IMG/VR virus record: IMGVR_UViG_3300029288_000097
Coordinates: 49,977 to 113,976 of that record
Source of the DNA: a virus
Taxonomy: Duplodnaviria; Caudoviricetes
Length of the DNA: 64,000 nt
Reading direction: 5' to 3' (one strand)
A program made the translations under genes and the position numbers. Under the pieces are notes generated by a model. It did no database searches and had not been told where the DNA came from. It was given only the letters and a program-made list of their open reading frames with translations. Shown one piece after another: positions 9,833 through 19,525 of the stretch (positions within the stretch are counted from its first letter, which is position 1; each line of letters starts with the position of its first letter).

Positions 9833-10302
9833 TGGCACAGATGTCTCTTCTAAAATCAAAACGAGTTCCCAAAGCATCACTTGATCGACTCTGGAAAGAT
9901 ATACAACAAGCTGAAGTTGAGACACTTAATGCGGCAAAACCAGTGGTAAATGAAGTCATTCGCTTTGTAGTAGGAACTCGATACTATGATCTTAAGACTC
10001 TTGCTCGTATGGGACATCCTTATGCAACACATGCTCCTGGTGGCTTAAATCCGGGTGTTATCAATGTCCAGAGTGGTGAGTTCTTTAGATCATTCCGAAT
10101 AACTGGCCCTGAAGTTACACGATCTCGAACAACAATTTTTGTATCAAACTCTTCATGGAAAGGTGATCTGCTAATCGCCGGTGGTGGTAGAATGATACCT
10201 CGTCCATGGGACACATATTTGATGTGGCATCTACAAAGAGCACTTCGTCCTAAACTTGGTGCTTTATTTGCTTCACGCTTAAAACTGCGTAAACTTGATT
10301 AG
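9832..10302 (+). CDS. putative tail completion protein (HK97 gp10-like)
   Basis: Basic; PGVINVQSGEFFRSF and GGGRMIPRPW motifs; synteny. Confidence 0.55.
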   Translation: MAQMSLLKSKRVPKASLDRLWKDIQQAEVETLNAAKPVVNEVIRFVVGTRYYDLKTLARMGHPYATHAPGGLNPGVINVQSGEFFRSFRITGPEVTRSRTTIFVSNSSWKGDLLIAGGGRMIPRPWDTYLMWHLQRALRPKLGALFASRLKLRKLD

Positions 10303-10312
10303 GTGGTCAACT

Positions 10313-10717
10313 ATGGCTGATGCCGGAGCATTCATAAATCAAATACGAAGTCGTATAGTAGAACAACCTCAGTTCACAACAGGTTTCAATGCCGAGCTGA
10401 TCTATCGTCAATACTTGCCGACTGTAAAAGAGCCCAAGTTTCCTTGCATCACCTTGGTTTATGAAGAAGAAAGCGAGGAAGTATTTGCACCTCTCTCCAA
10501 TGGTATGCTTTACATTGGAATACATAAAAAAGATTTTAATGCGGTACAATCTGCTATCTATTGGATTGGACAATGCCTCCACAACTATATGGTTTCTGTG
10601 CCTGACGTAGTTACCATCTTCCAGTGCCATAAAAAAGGTACACCTCCATCTCCTGTATGGAATGACGATCAACAGTCATGGGGAGCTATGCTCGCCTTTG
10701 AAGTGAGATTTGGTTAG
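10313..10717 (+). CDS. putative tail terminator protein
   Basis: P..KFPCITL motif; immediately before the tail tube gene. Confidence 0.55.
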   Translation: MADAGAFINQIRSRIVEQPQFTTGFNAELIYRQYLPTVKEPKFPCITLVYEEESEEVFAPLSNGMLYIGIHKKDFNAVQSAIYWIGQCLHNYMVSVPDVVTIFQCHKKGTPPSPVWNDDQQSWGAMLAFEVRFG

Positions 10718-10803
10718 AAAAATAGTTCCGACAGGACAGGTCTGACGCTTCCTTTTATGCTAAGCTAGTAGTGGCAAATCCTATAGAAAGGGAGACAAAG
10801 CTA

Positions 10804-11400
10804 ATGTCAGTCAACGTAGAGAACATCTCCCTTGGCATCGGTAACCTCGAACTCGGGTCTTTCACAGCCTCAGTATTCGATGGTTATACGGATGTAGGTG
10901 CTATCAAGAGTGAAGTAAACATCGAGCACACCCGCGAAGTGCTGGACTTTGAGTCTGGTCGTCCGCTGGTGACCCTGTTGCAGGAAGTCATTCGTGAATC
11001 TGTTACAGTCACAGCGACTCTCGCGGAACTCAGCCTTGCCACTCTTAAGATGGCCCTCGGCCAGGGGAACATCACATCGGGGACGACTACCTCATTCCTT
11101 GACGGATCGTCTGACGCTATGCGGGGTGATTTGCAATCCGGCAAAGTAGCTCTCGGCACTGGTGATCTGTTCAAGTTTGGTGGAACGCCCACACATGCGT
11201 ATGTCGGCTTGCGCTTTACTCACCGTAAAGCCAGCGGAAAGCGACATATCTTTGAGGGCTATAAAGCGTCACCCCAGGGTGCACTTACCCTCCCATTCCG
11301 CGAGTCGGACTGGAACACTTATAGTGTAACGTTCCGACTCCTGGCAGACACGACAAAAGCAGCGGGAGAGCAGTACTACCAGCTCTTTATCGAGACGTAA
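10804..11400 (+). CDS. major tail tube protein (non-contractile type)
   Basis: DVGAIKSEVNIE, VTVTATLAELSLATLKMALG, YSVTFRLL; GGGAG RBS before ATG 10804. Confidence 0.75.
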   Translation: MSVNVENISLGIGNLELGSFTASVFDGYTDVGAIKSEVNIEHTREVLDFESGRPLVTLLQEVIRESVTVTATLAELSLATLKMALGQGNITSGTTTSFLDGSSDAMRGDLQSGKVALGTGDLFKFGGTPTHAYVGLRFTHRKASGKRHIFEGYKASPQGALTLPFRESDWNTYSVTFRLLADTTKAAGEQYYQLFIET

Positions 11401-11434
11401 TTAAGTTGAGTTCTGTCGTGCCGGTATGCTATAC

Positions 11435-11470
11435 TGAGAGCAGGTAATTGTACCAGATTACCTGCTCTCA
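11435..11470 (+). promoter_or_regulatory. 14-bp hairpin containing a CAGGTAATTGTACCAG box, just after a TTGAGT-18-TATACT promoter
   Basis: TGAGAGCAGGTAAT-tgtaccag-ATTACCTGCTCTCA; -10 at 11430-11435. Confidence 0.55.
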
Positions 11471-11491
11471 ATTCATTTAGGAGGCATCAAA

Positions 11492-12007
11492 TTGGCTAAA
11501 GAAGAGAAAGACACAGCTGTAAAACCGGAAAAGAAGTTCAAGTGGGATTCTACCTGTCTTGAACGCGATGAGTGCGAGATTGATCTGCGCAATGCTGATT
11601 CTAATGGACGGCCCTTTAAGTTTCTTGAGCTGTCACGCACTCCACTACTGAAGTTTGTTGAAGAGTGCATCGACCGGGAGTTTCTAAATGAAAAGGGTGA
11701 GCGTGAAGAGTTCACCAAAATTGCAGACTCACAGTTGGATGTACTTTGCCGGTATTTCTCAGAATCTACCAAGACCCCGAGTTTGGTAGTAAAGGGTGAC
11801 TATGATCCCACAATGGATAAAAATTACAGGTCACCTGAGTTCTTCAAAGAATTAGACATTACAGCTCGGGTATTCGGCGACCTGATTGAACAGTTCTTCA
11901 ATGTGCAGCATCTTGAGGAGATACTGTCAACGGGGGGAAACTGGCTGATGATTCCGACCGTCAGACGGGTTCAGAGACAGACGGAATCAGAAGACGCCAA
12001 CAACTAG
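11492..12007 (+). CDS. tail assembly chaperone (gpG-like)
   Basis: Between tube and tape measure genes; in-frame slippery site G GGA AAC at 11935-11941. Confidence 0.7.
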   Translation: MAKEEKDTAVKPEKKFKWDSTCLERDECEIDLRNADSNGRPFKFLELSRTPLLKFVEECIDREFLNEKGEREEFTKIADSQLDVLCRYFSESTKTPSLVVKGDYDPTMDKNYRSPEFFKELDITARVFGDLIEQFFNVQHLEEILSTGGNWLMIPTVRRVQRQTESEDANN

Positions 12008-12339
12008 ACTCATCCTCGATCCCAGGTAGTGATTTTGCTGGAGTAGTTGATTGTATTACAGGTGATAAAGGCTGGTCATTAGAATATGTGCTCAGTCTTA
12101 CATTTAGGCAAATAGCAACCTTATGGGAACGCTACTGGGATCGAACTATGTGGAACCTGAATCAACAAGCCCGTCTTGGTGGTTTAGGATTGCTTGGTGG
12201 TCTCGGCAGTAGCAGCTCTACCGATAATACTGAATCAGCCAATACCCAAAAAGTGATCGATGCGACATCAGATGATGGTGTGGCAGAAATGGTTGGTTTA
12301 GGACTTCCTGTGAAGTTCATACCAGCCCAAGAGGGTTAA
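11941..12339 (+). CDS. -1 frameshift extension of tail assembly chaperone (gpT-like)
   Basis: The -1 frame is stop-free from 11941 into ORF 12088-12339 (GWSLEYVLSLTFRQ). Confidence 0.7.
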   Translation: MADDSDRQTGSETDGIRRRQQLDSSSIPGSDFAGVVDCITGDKGWSLEYVLSLTFRQIATLWERYWDRTMWNLNQQARLGGLGLLGGLGSSSSTDNTESANTQKVIDATSDDGVAEMVGLGLPVKFIPAQEG

Positions 12340-12346
12340 GGTTACT

Positions 12347-15300
12347 ATGCGCATACCAATTGAGATAGATTCATCTGCAGTATCTCCAGGATTACGGCAA
12401 GCCGAAAATCTTGTTGATAGTGCAATGGCTCGTATGCAAGCTCGAATCAATGCCGTCAAAGGCCCGTCCTTCGCTGGAGGAGCCGGAGGCGGTCTTGGTT
12501 TGGCTACTGATCTACGTCTGGCTAATAAAGAGGTCAGTGGCATTGCAAAAACGCTCACTGGTATGGGTAGCCTTACTACAGGACTTGGAATAGGTGCAGC
12601 AGTCGGTGGAGCTGCACTGCTTGAACAAAGTCTCGAACGATCTATCCGCAAGGCAAAAGAGTTTCAAACGGCTACATTGGCTATCGCGGCCACCATGGGT
12701 TCTATCGGCGAGTGGAAAAGTGGACCTGGTGGCAAAGCTCTAGCTCCTGTTCAGCAAAACCAACGTAATATGTGGGAAGCTGAAAAATACAGGATGAAAA
12801 TACTTGAGCGATCAGCCAAAAACATCCTCACATTTGAAGAACAGCTTAGTGCTTTCCAAGCAGGGCTTTCTTCAGGTGCTCGAAAAGGTTTGAATCCTGA
12901 CCAGATCATGAAGTTGACCGAGCAAACTGCCGTAGTTGCTAAAACTCTCGGTTTGCGCGGTGAGCAGATTGCAAACGCCTCACGTCTTATGATGGGTGGT
13001 GGTGTCAATATTGCACGTTCTACTATAGGACGAGCTTTAGGTATCACCAATGCAGATATTGCTACCCGACAAGGACCAGAACTTGCTAAGTTTCTTAACC
13101 AACGCATGAAGGGTTTTGAAGCGATGCAGGGACAGTTCGAGAACTCCATAGAAGGTTTAACCTCTACTCTGGAAGCTAAAATTGATGTACTAGCTTCCAG
13201 AGTTGGTGAAAAGTTCTTCAAGGGCATTGCACCTACAATGAAACAGATCGGGTTACTTGGTGAACCTGATCGTTCTGAGTATCGCTCTGATGCTGAATAT
13301 AAGAAAGCTGTAGCCAGCTATCAGAAGCAATCACAGACAATGGATAAAGTTGTCGGAGCTGCTGCTGAAGCATTCAATGGTCTTTTTGAGGGAGTAAAAG
13401 GTGTCGTAGAATCGGACACATTCCAGACTCTACTCGAAGTGCTTGTACAGATAGCCAAGGTATCGAAGACTATTATGCTGGCAGCTATTTTCAGCAAAAT
13501 AGCTGGTGCTGTCGGAGCTGCTACTGGTGCTCTTCAAAAGTTTCTAGCTATGGCCCGTAGTGTAGGCACTATAGGTGGTGGAGGTGGTGGAACAGGTGCC
13601 AGTGGCATCATGCCAGCCGACATCGTAGCCAGTGTCTTGACAGGTGGTGGTCGTGGAGCCAGAGGTGTTGGTGCCCAAGGTCTTGGAGCTGAATTAGGTT
13701 TAGCTGGTTTTAGTGGAGCATCTGCAGAAGATGTTGCACGGCGTTTTGGTGTAAACCCAGAGGCCAAATATGCCACTCGTATGCGCCAGGTTCGAGGTAT
13801 AGTTGGTGGTCGTTCTGCTATGGCTGAGGCAATGGTTATGGCTCTCGGCTATGGTGCTGCGGGTCTACCTCAAACTCAACGTTATGGTGCCAATTTCTCA
13901 GCTGAAGTAGAAAGACAGGCAAAAATTGCCGGTAAGCGTGACTACTACAGTATCAAAGGTGGTATACGTGGCCTAAGCGAAGAGGAAGCTGTTCTCTCGA
14001 ATAGATCACAATTTCTTGGTGGAACTGAACGCCAAGCTGCGATGGAACGATTAAATGCCATCAATATGGAAAAGATGGCTCTCGCGCAGCAAATGACAAT
14101 GATACCTTATGCCTCTCTTCCATTTGCAGGTAAGATGGGCCGTCGTTGGAGTGGATTCACTGGACATGCACAAGAAGCTCTTCCTATTGCTATGCTTGGC
14201 CTTATGGGTGGTCAGATGGCAAAAGACATCATTCCTGGCACAATAGGAGATGTCATAGGGAATGTTGTTCAGGGTGGCTCTCTCGGATATTTAGGTAAAG
14301 GTATCAGACCAGGTTTAACTACCAAAGGTGCTGTTGGAGCTGGTGTTGTTGCTGGTATTGGCTCAAGTCTTGTAGACTACTACCAAAAGAAGTCTATGGA
14401 AGACTTGAACAAAGGCACTACAGGTGGGCAATATGCAGGCATGGCTCTTGGCGGGGCTGCTAAGTGGGGTGCAGCTGGTTTTATGGTTGGTGGCCCTCTG
14501 GGAGCAGCTGCCGGAGCCATCGGTGGTGCTGTACTTGAGCCTCTTATCTCTTCTATGAAAAAAGCACAAGCTCAAGCTGAAGCTTCTGCTAAAGCTCTTG
14601 AAGAGATGTCTGCCAAGTTCCCACAGGCAGCTCAAATCACAAAAACCAGTCAACAAATACGTAATATAGATAGACAATTACAAACAGGCCGGAAACCAAG
14701 TACAGAACGTGATCCAAATTGGTTTGCACGTCAGTACTGGGCTTTATCTGGTTGGATGGGTGCACCTGTTAAAGTAACGGAACCCGGTCGAAAACTCACA
14801 GCAGAAGAACAGAAAGACTTAGCTGCTCGCCGTGATGCTCTAAAAACTCGCCGGGAGCAAGAACGTCAAGTTGCAATATTTGAAGGCGATCAGGGACTCA
14901 CTGAAGACCTGAATAGACGCAAAGCACAACTCGATCTCATTTCCCAGTATGGTGGAAAGAGTATCGATACTCAGATGCGCATTGCAAAGCTTCAAGCTGA
15001 GTATTCAGCAAAATCTCTGGAAAAAGACAAAGCTCAGATTCCAGTTGATTTCAATATGGAAGCATTCGGCAAGCGCATGAAAGACAAGAGTAATCCTCAA
15101 TATCAACAGTGGCAGAAGGAATACCAAAAGTGGCGACTCGGACGCACAGATGAAGAAATCAAAAATGGCAAAGCTGATTATGCTTCATTTATCTCATCCA
15201 AAGCTGACGAAGAAGTAAGGAAGCTGCAAGAAGCAGCCTTACCCGCTCTTAAAGCAGAAGTTCGTGCAGCAGGCGAAGCTACTGTTAAGTCACTACAGCT

Positions 15301-17131
15301 ACAGTCAGGTGCTATGCAAGCTGCCGGACAAGATCGAGGATCACTGGCAGCTTATAAAGAATATCAGGCCAGCCTTTATGAAAAAGCTCCTTTATTCAAG
15401 GGTGGCATGGGTAGCACTGAGTTTAAGCAATATCAATCTGGCATGCTCGGTCAGTATAAGCGTGACCTACGAGAACAATATGATGTTGGTATGCTCGGGC
15501 TGCAAAGCAATAACTTGGAACGTACTAAGTTAGGGCTTGAACGCACACGTCTACGTGAGGATGTATCACTGAAACTTTCTCATCTTCAGTTAGATGCACA
15601 GCGTATCGACATTACCGGCCAGCAGACTCAACTTGAATCAAGACGACTTAATCTGCAGGGACAACAACTCGATCTCACAGGCCAAAAGCTCGGTTTACAA
15701 GCTCAAGCCTTACAAGATGAACGTGCTCAAACTCTTTTAGGTATCGCTAAGGGTCAGCAATCGATGAAACGGGTTACCGAAGATTATCAGATTGCTAAGC
15801 CTGAAGCACAATTGAACTATCAAGGGGCTCTTCTCAACGAGCGGAGAGCCAACATATCACCACAACTATTTTATGGTAATCTCGGCCCAACATCAGAAGC
15901 CGCAAGTGCTATTCGATATAAGGTTGAAGCTGAGTTTGCCAGTAAGTTTGATCCTGGAAAATATGAATCTGCTTATCGAGAAAGTCTGAAGATTCAAGAA
16001 GAGCAGATGGGTGTTGATAAGCAGCTGGCCGAACAAAATACAAAACGAGCTGCTTTAGGGCTTGATCGTGTTGAAGAGGATTATGCTTCTGCAATGGCCG
16101 ATCTAACTGTTCAGCTACGTGGCATGGAACGTCACATGGCTGAAATTGGGATCAGCGAAAAAGAGAATGCAATCGCTCAAGAAAGTAACAAGATCGATAA
16201 AGATGAGAATGCACTTGCGAAAAAGGGTGTGACTCTTAAAGAGCAGGAAAACGAACTTGCTAAGAAAGAGAATGCTATCTCCCAGCAACGCACTGTGCAA
16301 GATGCCCAAATCACCGATAAAGAGCTTGCCATTAAACAGAAGAGTTTAGACATCCAGGACAAAAAACAGCGGCGTGATATAGGTGAACTTGGTAAAACAC
16401 TCAAAGACATTGGTGGCACAAATATACCAGGTTTACCAGGCGTTGGTGGTGTTCCGACCTTGACTGGAAAACTGCCTACTGGAGTTCCTACAGGTAGTCC
16501 ACAATTCACCATGCCTGCTGGAGTTCCTGGAGGTATGGGTGGTGCACCAATCAAGCCTGGACAAACAATTGATATGGGTGGTGGAGTAAAAGCTATTGCC
16601 AAGATGACCACTGATGGCAAACTTATGTTTGAGGGTGCCAACGGTTATTCCATTATGGATCAGACTGCCAAGGGTAAGTTTGTAAATGCTCTTGAATCTG
16701 GAAATGTTGGTGAGGCACTTAATCTCAGCAATCCGACAATGACACAGGCTAAACTCGAACGAATAAGTTCTCTCCCTGAGCTTGGTCAAAAGTTCGGACT
16801 TGAAAATACAGCCATACATGCTGCATATGCTAAGCCACTTGGCTCTAAAAAAGACTGGGAGCGTGTGCGTGAATTGATGGATAACGGCATGACCAAAGAA
16901 CAGGCCAGCCAACAAGTTATCAATTCTAATGCTCAACGTGCTTATCAAGATGATGTTGCTAAACAAAAAGCGGCCTCTGGTGGTGGTAGAAAAGAAATGG
17001 GTAGCATCACAGTTAATGCACCAGTCAGTATAACATCAGAACAGAAAATTGATCCATCATCTCTTCGCCGAGACTTTGAAACTTGGCTTAATGATTGGTG
17101 TAAGACTCAACAACTGAAAGGAGGCGGCTAA
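12347..17131 (+). CDS. tape measure protein
   Basis: 1594 aa, Ala/Gly-rich helical and coiled-coil segments, follows the chaperone pair. Confidence 0.85.
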   Translation: MRIPIEIDSSAVSPGLRQAENLVDSAMARMQARINAVKGPSFAGGAGGGLGLATDLRLANKEVSGIAKTLTGMGSLTTGLGIGAAVGGAALLEQSLERSIRKAKEFQTATLAIAATMGSIGEWKSGPGGKALAPVQQNQRNMWEAEKYRMKILERSAKNILTFEEQLSAFQAGLSSGARKGLNPDQIMKLTEQTAVVAKTLGLRGEQIANASRLMMGGGVNIARSTIGRALGITNADIATRQGPELAKFLNQRMKGFEAMQGQFENSIEGLTSTLEAKIDVLASRVGEKFFKGIAPTMKQIGLLGEPDRSEYRSDAEYKKAVASYQKQSQTMDKVVGAAAEAFNGLFEGVKGVVESDTFQTLLEVLVQIAKVSKTIMLAAIFSKIAGAVGAATGALQKFLAMARSVGTIGGGGGGTGASGIMPADIVASVLTGGGRGARGVGAQGLGAELGLAGFSGASAEDVARRFGVNPEAKYATRMRQVRGIVGGRSAMAEAMVMALGYGAAGLPQTQRYGANFSAEVERQAKIAGKRDYYSIKGGIRGLSEEEAVLSNRSQFLGGTERQAAMERLNAINMEKMALAQQMTMIPYASLPFAGKMGRRWSGFTGHAQEALPIAMLGLMGGQMAKDIIPGTIGDVIGNVVQGGSLGYLGKGIRPGLTTKGAVGAGVVAGIGSSLVDYYQKKSMEDLNKGTTGGQYAGMALGGAAKWGAAGFMVGGPLGAAAGAIGGAVLEPLISSMKKAQAQAEASAKALEEMSAKFPQAAQITKTSQQIRNIDRQLQTGRKPSTERDPNWFARQYWALSGWMGAPVKVTEPGRKLTAEEQKDLAARRDALKTRREQERQVAIFEGDQGLTEDLNRRKAQLDLISQYGGKSIDTQMRIAKLQAEYSAKSLEKDKAQIPVDFNMEAFGKRMKDKSNPQYQQWQKEYQKWRLGRTDEEIKNGKADYASFISSKADEEVRKLQEAALPALKAEVRAAGEATVKSLQLQSGAMQAAGQDRGSLAAYKEYQASLYEKAPLFKGGMGSTEFKQYQSGMLGQYKRDLREQYDVGMLGLQSNNLERTKLGLERTRLREDVSLKLSHLQLDAQRIDITGQQTQLESRRLNLQGQQLDLTGQKLGLQAQALQDERAQTLLGIAKGQQSMKRVTEDYQIAKPEAQLNYQGALLNERRANISPQLFYGNLGPTSEAASAIRYKVEAEFASKFDPGKYESAYRESLKIQEEQMGVDKQLAEQNTKRAALGLDRVEEDYASAMADLTVQLRGMERHMAEIGISEKENAIAQESNKIDKDENALAKKGVTLKEQENELAKKENAISQQRTVQDAQITDKELAIKQKSLDIQDKKQRRDIGELGKTLKDIGGTNIPGLPGVGGVPTLTGKLPTGVPTGSPQFTMPAGVPGGMGGAPIKPGQTIDMGGGVKAIAKMTTDGKLMFEGANGYSIMDQTAKGKFVNALESGNVGEALNLSNPTMTQAKLERISSLPELGQKFGLENTAIHAAYAKPLGSKKDWERVRELMDNGMTKEQASQQVINSNAQRAYQDDVAKQKAASGGGRKEMGSITVNAPVSITSEQKIDPSSLRRDFETWLNDWCKTQQLKGGG

Positions 17132-17502
17132 TGTCAGATGTAGTGCTTAATGGCATCACTCTTCCATGTGATCCTGACGATCTAAACTTCGGCGGGAAAA
17201 AACGTGGAGCCGTCTTTAAGACTATTGATGGTGGCATAGTAGTCCAGGATCGTGGATTTAACACAGGTGACCAAACAATTCAATTGAAAGGTCGTCTCAC
17301 TGGAAACTCCATAGTTCAGGCTCTTTATGCTTTATATAGAAGTACCGGTACCACATTCTCGTATACCGACTTCAAAGGTAACTCAGCCACGGTTGTATTT
17401 ACCCCTGGAGCCGAATCTCTGCGTGTACGTCCTATTAAAGGCTCGAACACTGGTTACGAATATGAAATGTTCCTCACCGTAGTTTCTGGCTCAGTGTTTT
17501 GA
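17131..17502 (+). CDS. putative distal tail protein
   Basis: Directly after the TMP gene; small beta-rich protein. Confidence 0.5.
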   Translation: MSDVVLNGITLPCDPDDLNFGGKKRGAVFKTIDGGIVVQDRGFNTGDQTIQLKGRLTGNSIVQALYALYRSTGTTFSYTDFKGNSATVVFTPGAESLRVRPIKGSNTGYEYEMFLTVVSGSVF

Positions 17503-17550
17503 CGAACGGTATTTCTTGTGCTATATTAAGATAGCTGGGAGGCATACCAC

Positions 17551-18507
17551 ATGAGCCAGAAACACACCATACTCCTTATACGTCAACGTCCTGCTTTCGG
17601 CGATGCTTTACTTCTCGGCCCACTTATCCGTACTATCAAAAATATCTACCCCACCAGCACGCTTACAGTAATGACCGATTCAACCTATATGGCCGGAGCA
17701 TTACCCTTAATCTTTCGAGGAGTTCCTGGTGTAGATCGCGTAGAATGTGTTCCAAGTCTTGAATGGACTACAGACAGCAATAAATGTGTTGATCCTATTC
17801 TACGAGGTGCAGGTATTGAGGCTCCTTATAGTGTGACACACGCTAATCTCGTAATGGATTGCAATGGAGCTTATATGGCTTTTGAAAGACAGTATGGTGG
17901 AGATATACCATACGGCATCCAGGAGTTCTGGCTTAAGCATTTCAATTACTATGATAGTACCATCGATCTTCGCCCCAAATGGAACATTCCTGCCACTGCC
18001 TTAGAAGCTGTAGATGAATGGCTGACCTCTGTAAATCTACAGAATAAACCTATGGTGGGTATTGTGTTACGAGCCGGTGATAAAGTTAGAGACTGGAATT
18101 ACAGTAAACACTCAACTGACATTGCCGATTGGCTGCATACTAAAGGTATATTACCAGTTGGTATCGATCCATTTATAAATCTTCGTTCGATCTATGGTGT
18201 CTCCTGCATCGGACGCCAGCTTGACTTTGTAGCTGCTCTCATACAACGTTGTAAAGTGATCCTTACACCTGACACAGGGTTATTACACCTCGCAGAAGCC
18301 GTAGGAACGCCTACAGTGGGCCTCTGGGGTATTATGCGACCAGAACTAAGGGTCGCAGGCTATCGCTGCAATATCGTGCCAAAAACAAGCTTAGGGCAAT
18401 GTGACCAGCAAGGTTGCCCATGTTGTAGCTGGAAGTTCCAACGCTGGTCATGTCTCAACAAAATCACACTCCCTATGATTCTTAATGGACTTCGAGAAAG
18501 TCTATAA
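17551..18507 (+). CDS. glycosyltransferase family 9 (heptosyltransferase-like)
   Basis: AFGDALLLGPLIRTIK, ILTPDTGLLHLAEAVGTPTVGLWG, C-terminal Cys cluster; own promoter TTGACG-17-TATATT (17499-17527). Confidence 0.85.
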   Translation: MSQKHTILLIRQRPAFGDALLLGPLIRTIKNIYPTSTLTVMTDSTYMAGALPLIFRGVPGVDRVECVPSLEWTTDSNKCVDPILRGAGIEAPYSVTHANLVMDCNGAYMAFERQYGGDIPYGIQEFWLKHFNYYDSTIDLRPKWNIPATALEAVDEWLTSVNLQNKPMVGIVLRAGDKVRDWNYSKHSTDIADWLHTKGILPVGIDPFINLRSIYGVSCIGRQLDFVAALIQRCKVILTPDTGLLHLAEAVGTPTVGLWGIMRPELRVAGYRCNIVPKTSLGQCDQQGCPCCSWKFQRWSCLNKITLPMILNGLRESL

Positions 18508-19241
18508 TGATGAAAACCAGACCTACGGCTACACTCACGGAGCCTCAAGTTATTGAAGTTCTCCGTAGACTGGATGCAGGTGAATATCAGCATGTCATTG
18601 CCAAAGATTATGGTGTGAGTATAAAAACGATCAGTCGTATAAAGACTGGCGAAACATGGAATGAAGTCACACAACGTTTTCGTTCTAAGCATCCACTGGC
18701 AAACATAACACAACCTATTATTCGACTGATGCCGGTAAAAGCTGAAACTATTGATACCATCGATACTGTAATAGCCATCAAAAATCATTTTGGTTTTGAC
18801 TTTGCACAGCCGATTCACTGGGGATGGTTCGATGGGTGGGATGGTTTACACGCTATTGCCTCTGATGGTATCATACTTTGGGAGTCCACTGATCTTGTAC
18901 ATTATGCACAGCATTTAGCTGAATCACAGATAGATGCCCACCCTGTTTGGGCAAATAGAGCAGAAGAACTTCCGACATTTGATCTTGAAGACATCATGAC
19001 CCTTCCTGTAGGAGACAAGTTTGATATAGAATTGGAAATCGATGGTATTGCAAAACTAACCTGTAATAAGCACCAAGCATTCATCCAACAACGATTCATA
19101 AATATAGCTCGTAAAATGAAATTAGACATTCGGGTGGCCGGTAAGCAAGAACACTTCGTATATCTTACCAAACAAAAACCTAAGTCACCCTTGAACACTG
19201 TGCATGTTGTAATAGCATGCCTAGCGACAATGACCGATTAG
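18507..19241 (+). CDS. protein with N-terminal HTH domain
   Basis: LTEPQVIEVLRRL..GEYQHVIAKDYGVSIKTISRIKTGETW. Confidence 0.65.
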   Translation: MMKTRPTATLTEPQVIEVLRRLDAGEYQHVIAKDYGVSIKTISRIKTGETWNEVTQRFRSKHPLANITQPIIRLMPVKAETIDTIDTVIAIKNHFGFDFAQPIHWGWFDGWDGLHAIASDGIILWESTDLVHYAQHLAESQIDAHPVWANRAEELPTFDLEDIMTLPVGDKFDIELEIDGIAKLTCNKHQAFIQQRFINIARKMKLDIRVAGKQEHFVYLTKQKPKSPLNTVHVVIACLATMTD

Positions 19242-19252
19242 GAGGCATCAAA

Positions 19253-19525
19253 ATGAATGAAATCAGTGACGGAAGTGGAGGATTCCCGGAAGGAGTCCCT
19301 ATCAAGACAGAGAAACTTGGCACAGAGCCAATCCAACGCTCAGTAGCCAACCAGACCAAGGTAAATGGCATCAAAGACATGCTCACCTATGTTATCAAGG
19401 AAGAAGAGATCGACGCTTTCTTCCTTGAGTTTATGGGCACAGCAGCCAAGATGGGGTATCGTCTCCAGGCTGAACCCAAGGTTCTACTCGCTCAAATCGA
19501 CAAAGCAGCAGAGGCAGGCGCGTGA
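19253..19525 (+). CDS. hypothetical protein
   Basis: AGGAGG RBS before ATG 19253. Confidence 0.6.
   Translation: MNEISDGSGGFPEGVPIKTEKLGTEPIQRSVANQTKVNGIKDMLTYVIKEEEIDAFFLEFMGTAAKMGYRLQAEPKVLLAQIDKAAEAGA

Noticed and set aside
8574-17502. Contractile (T4-like) tail implied by the gp23-type capsid
   Set aside because: No sheath or baseplate-wedge genes are recognisable; tube, G/GT chaperone and long TMP indicate a non-contractile tail.
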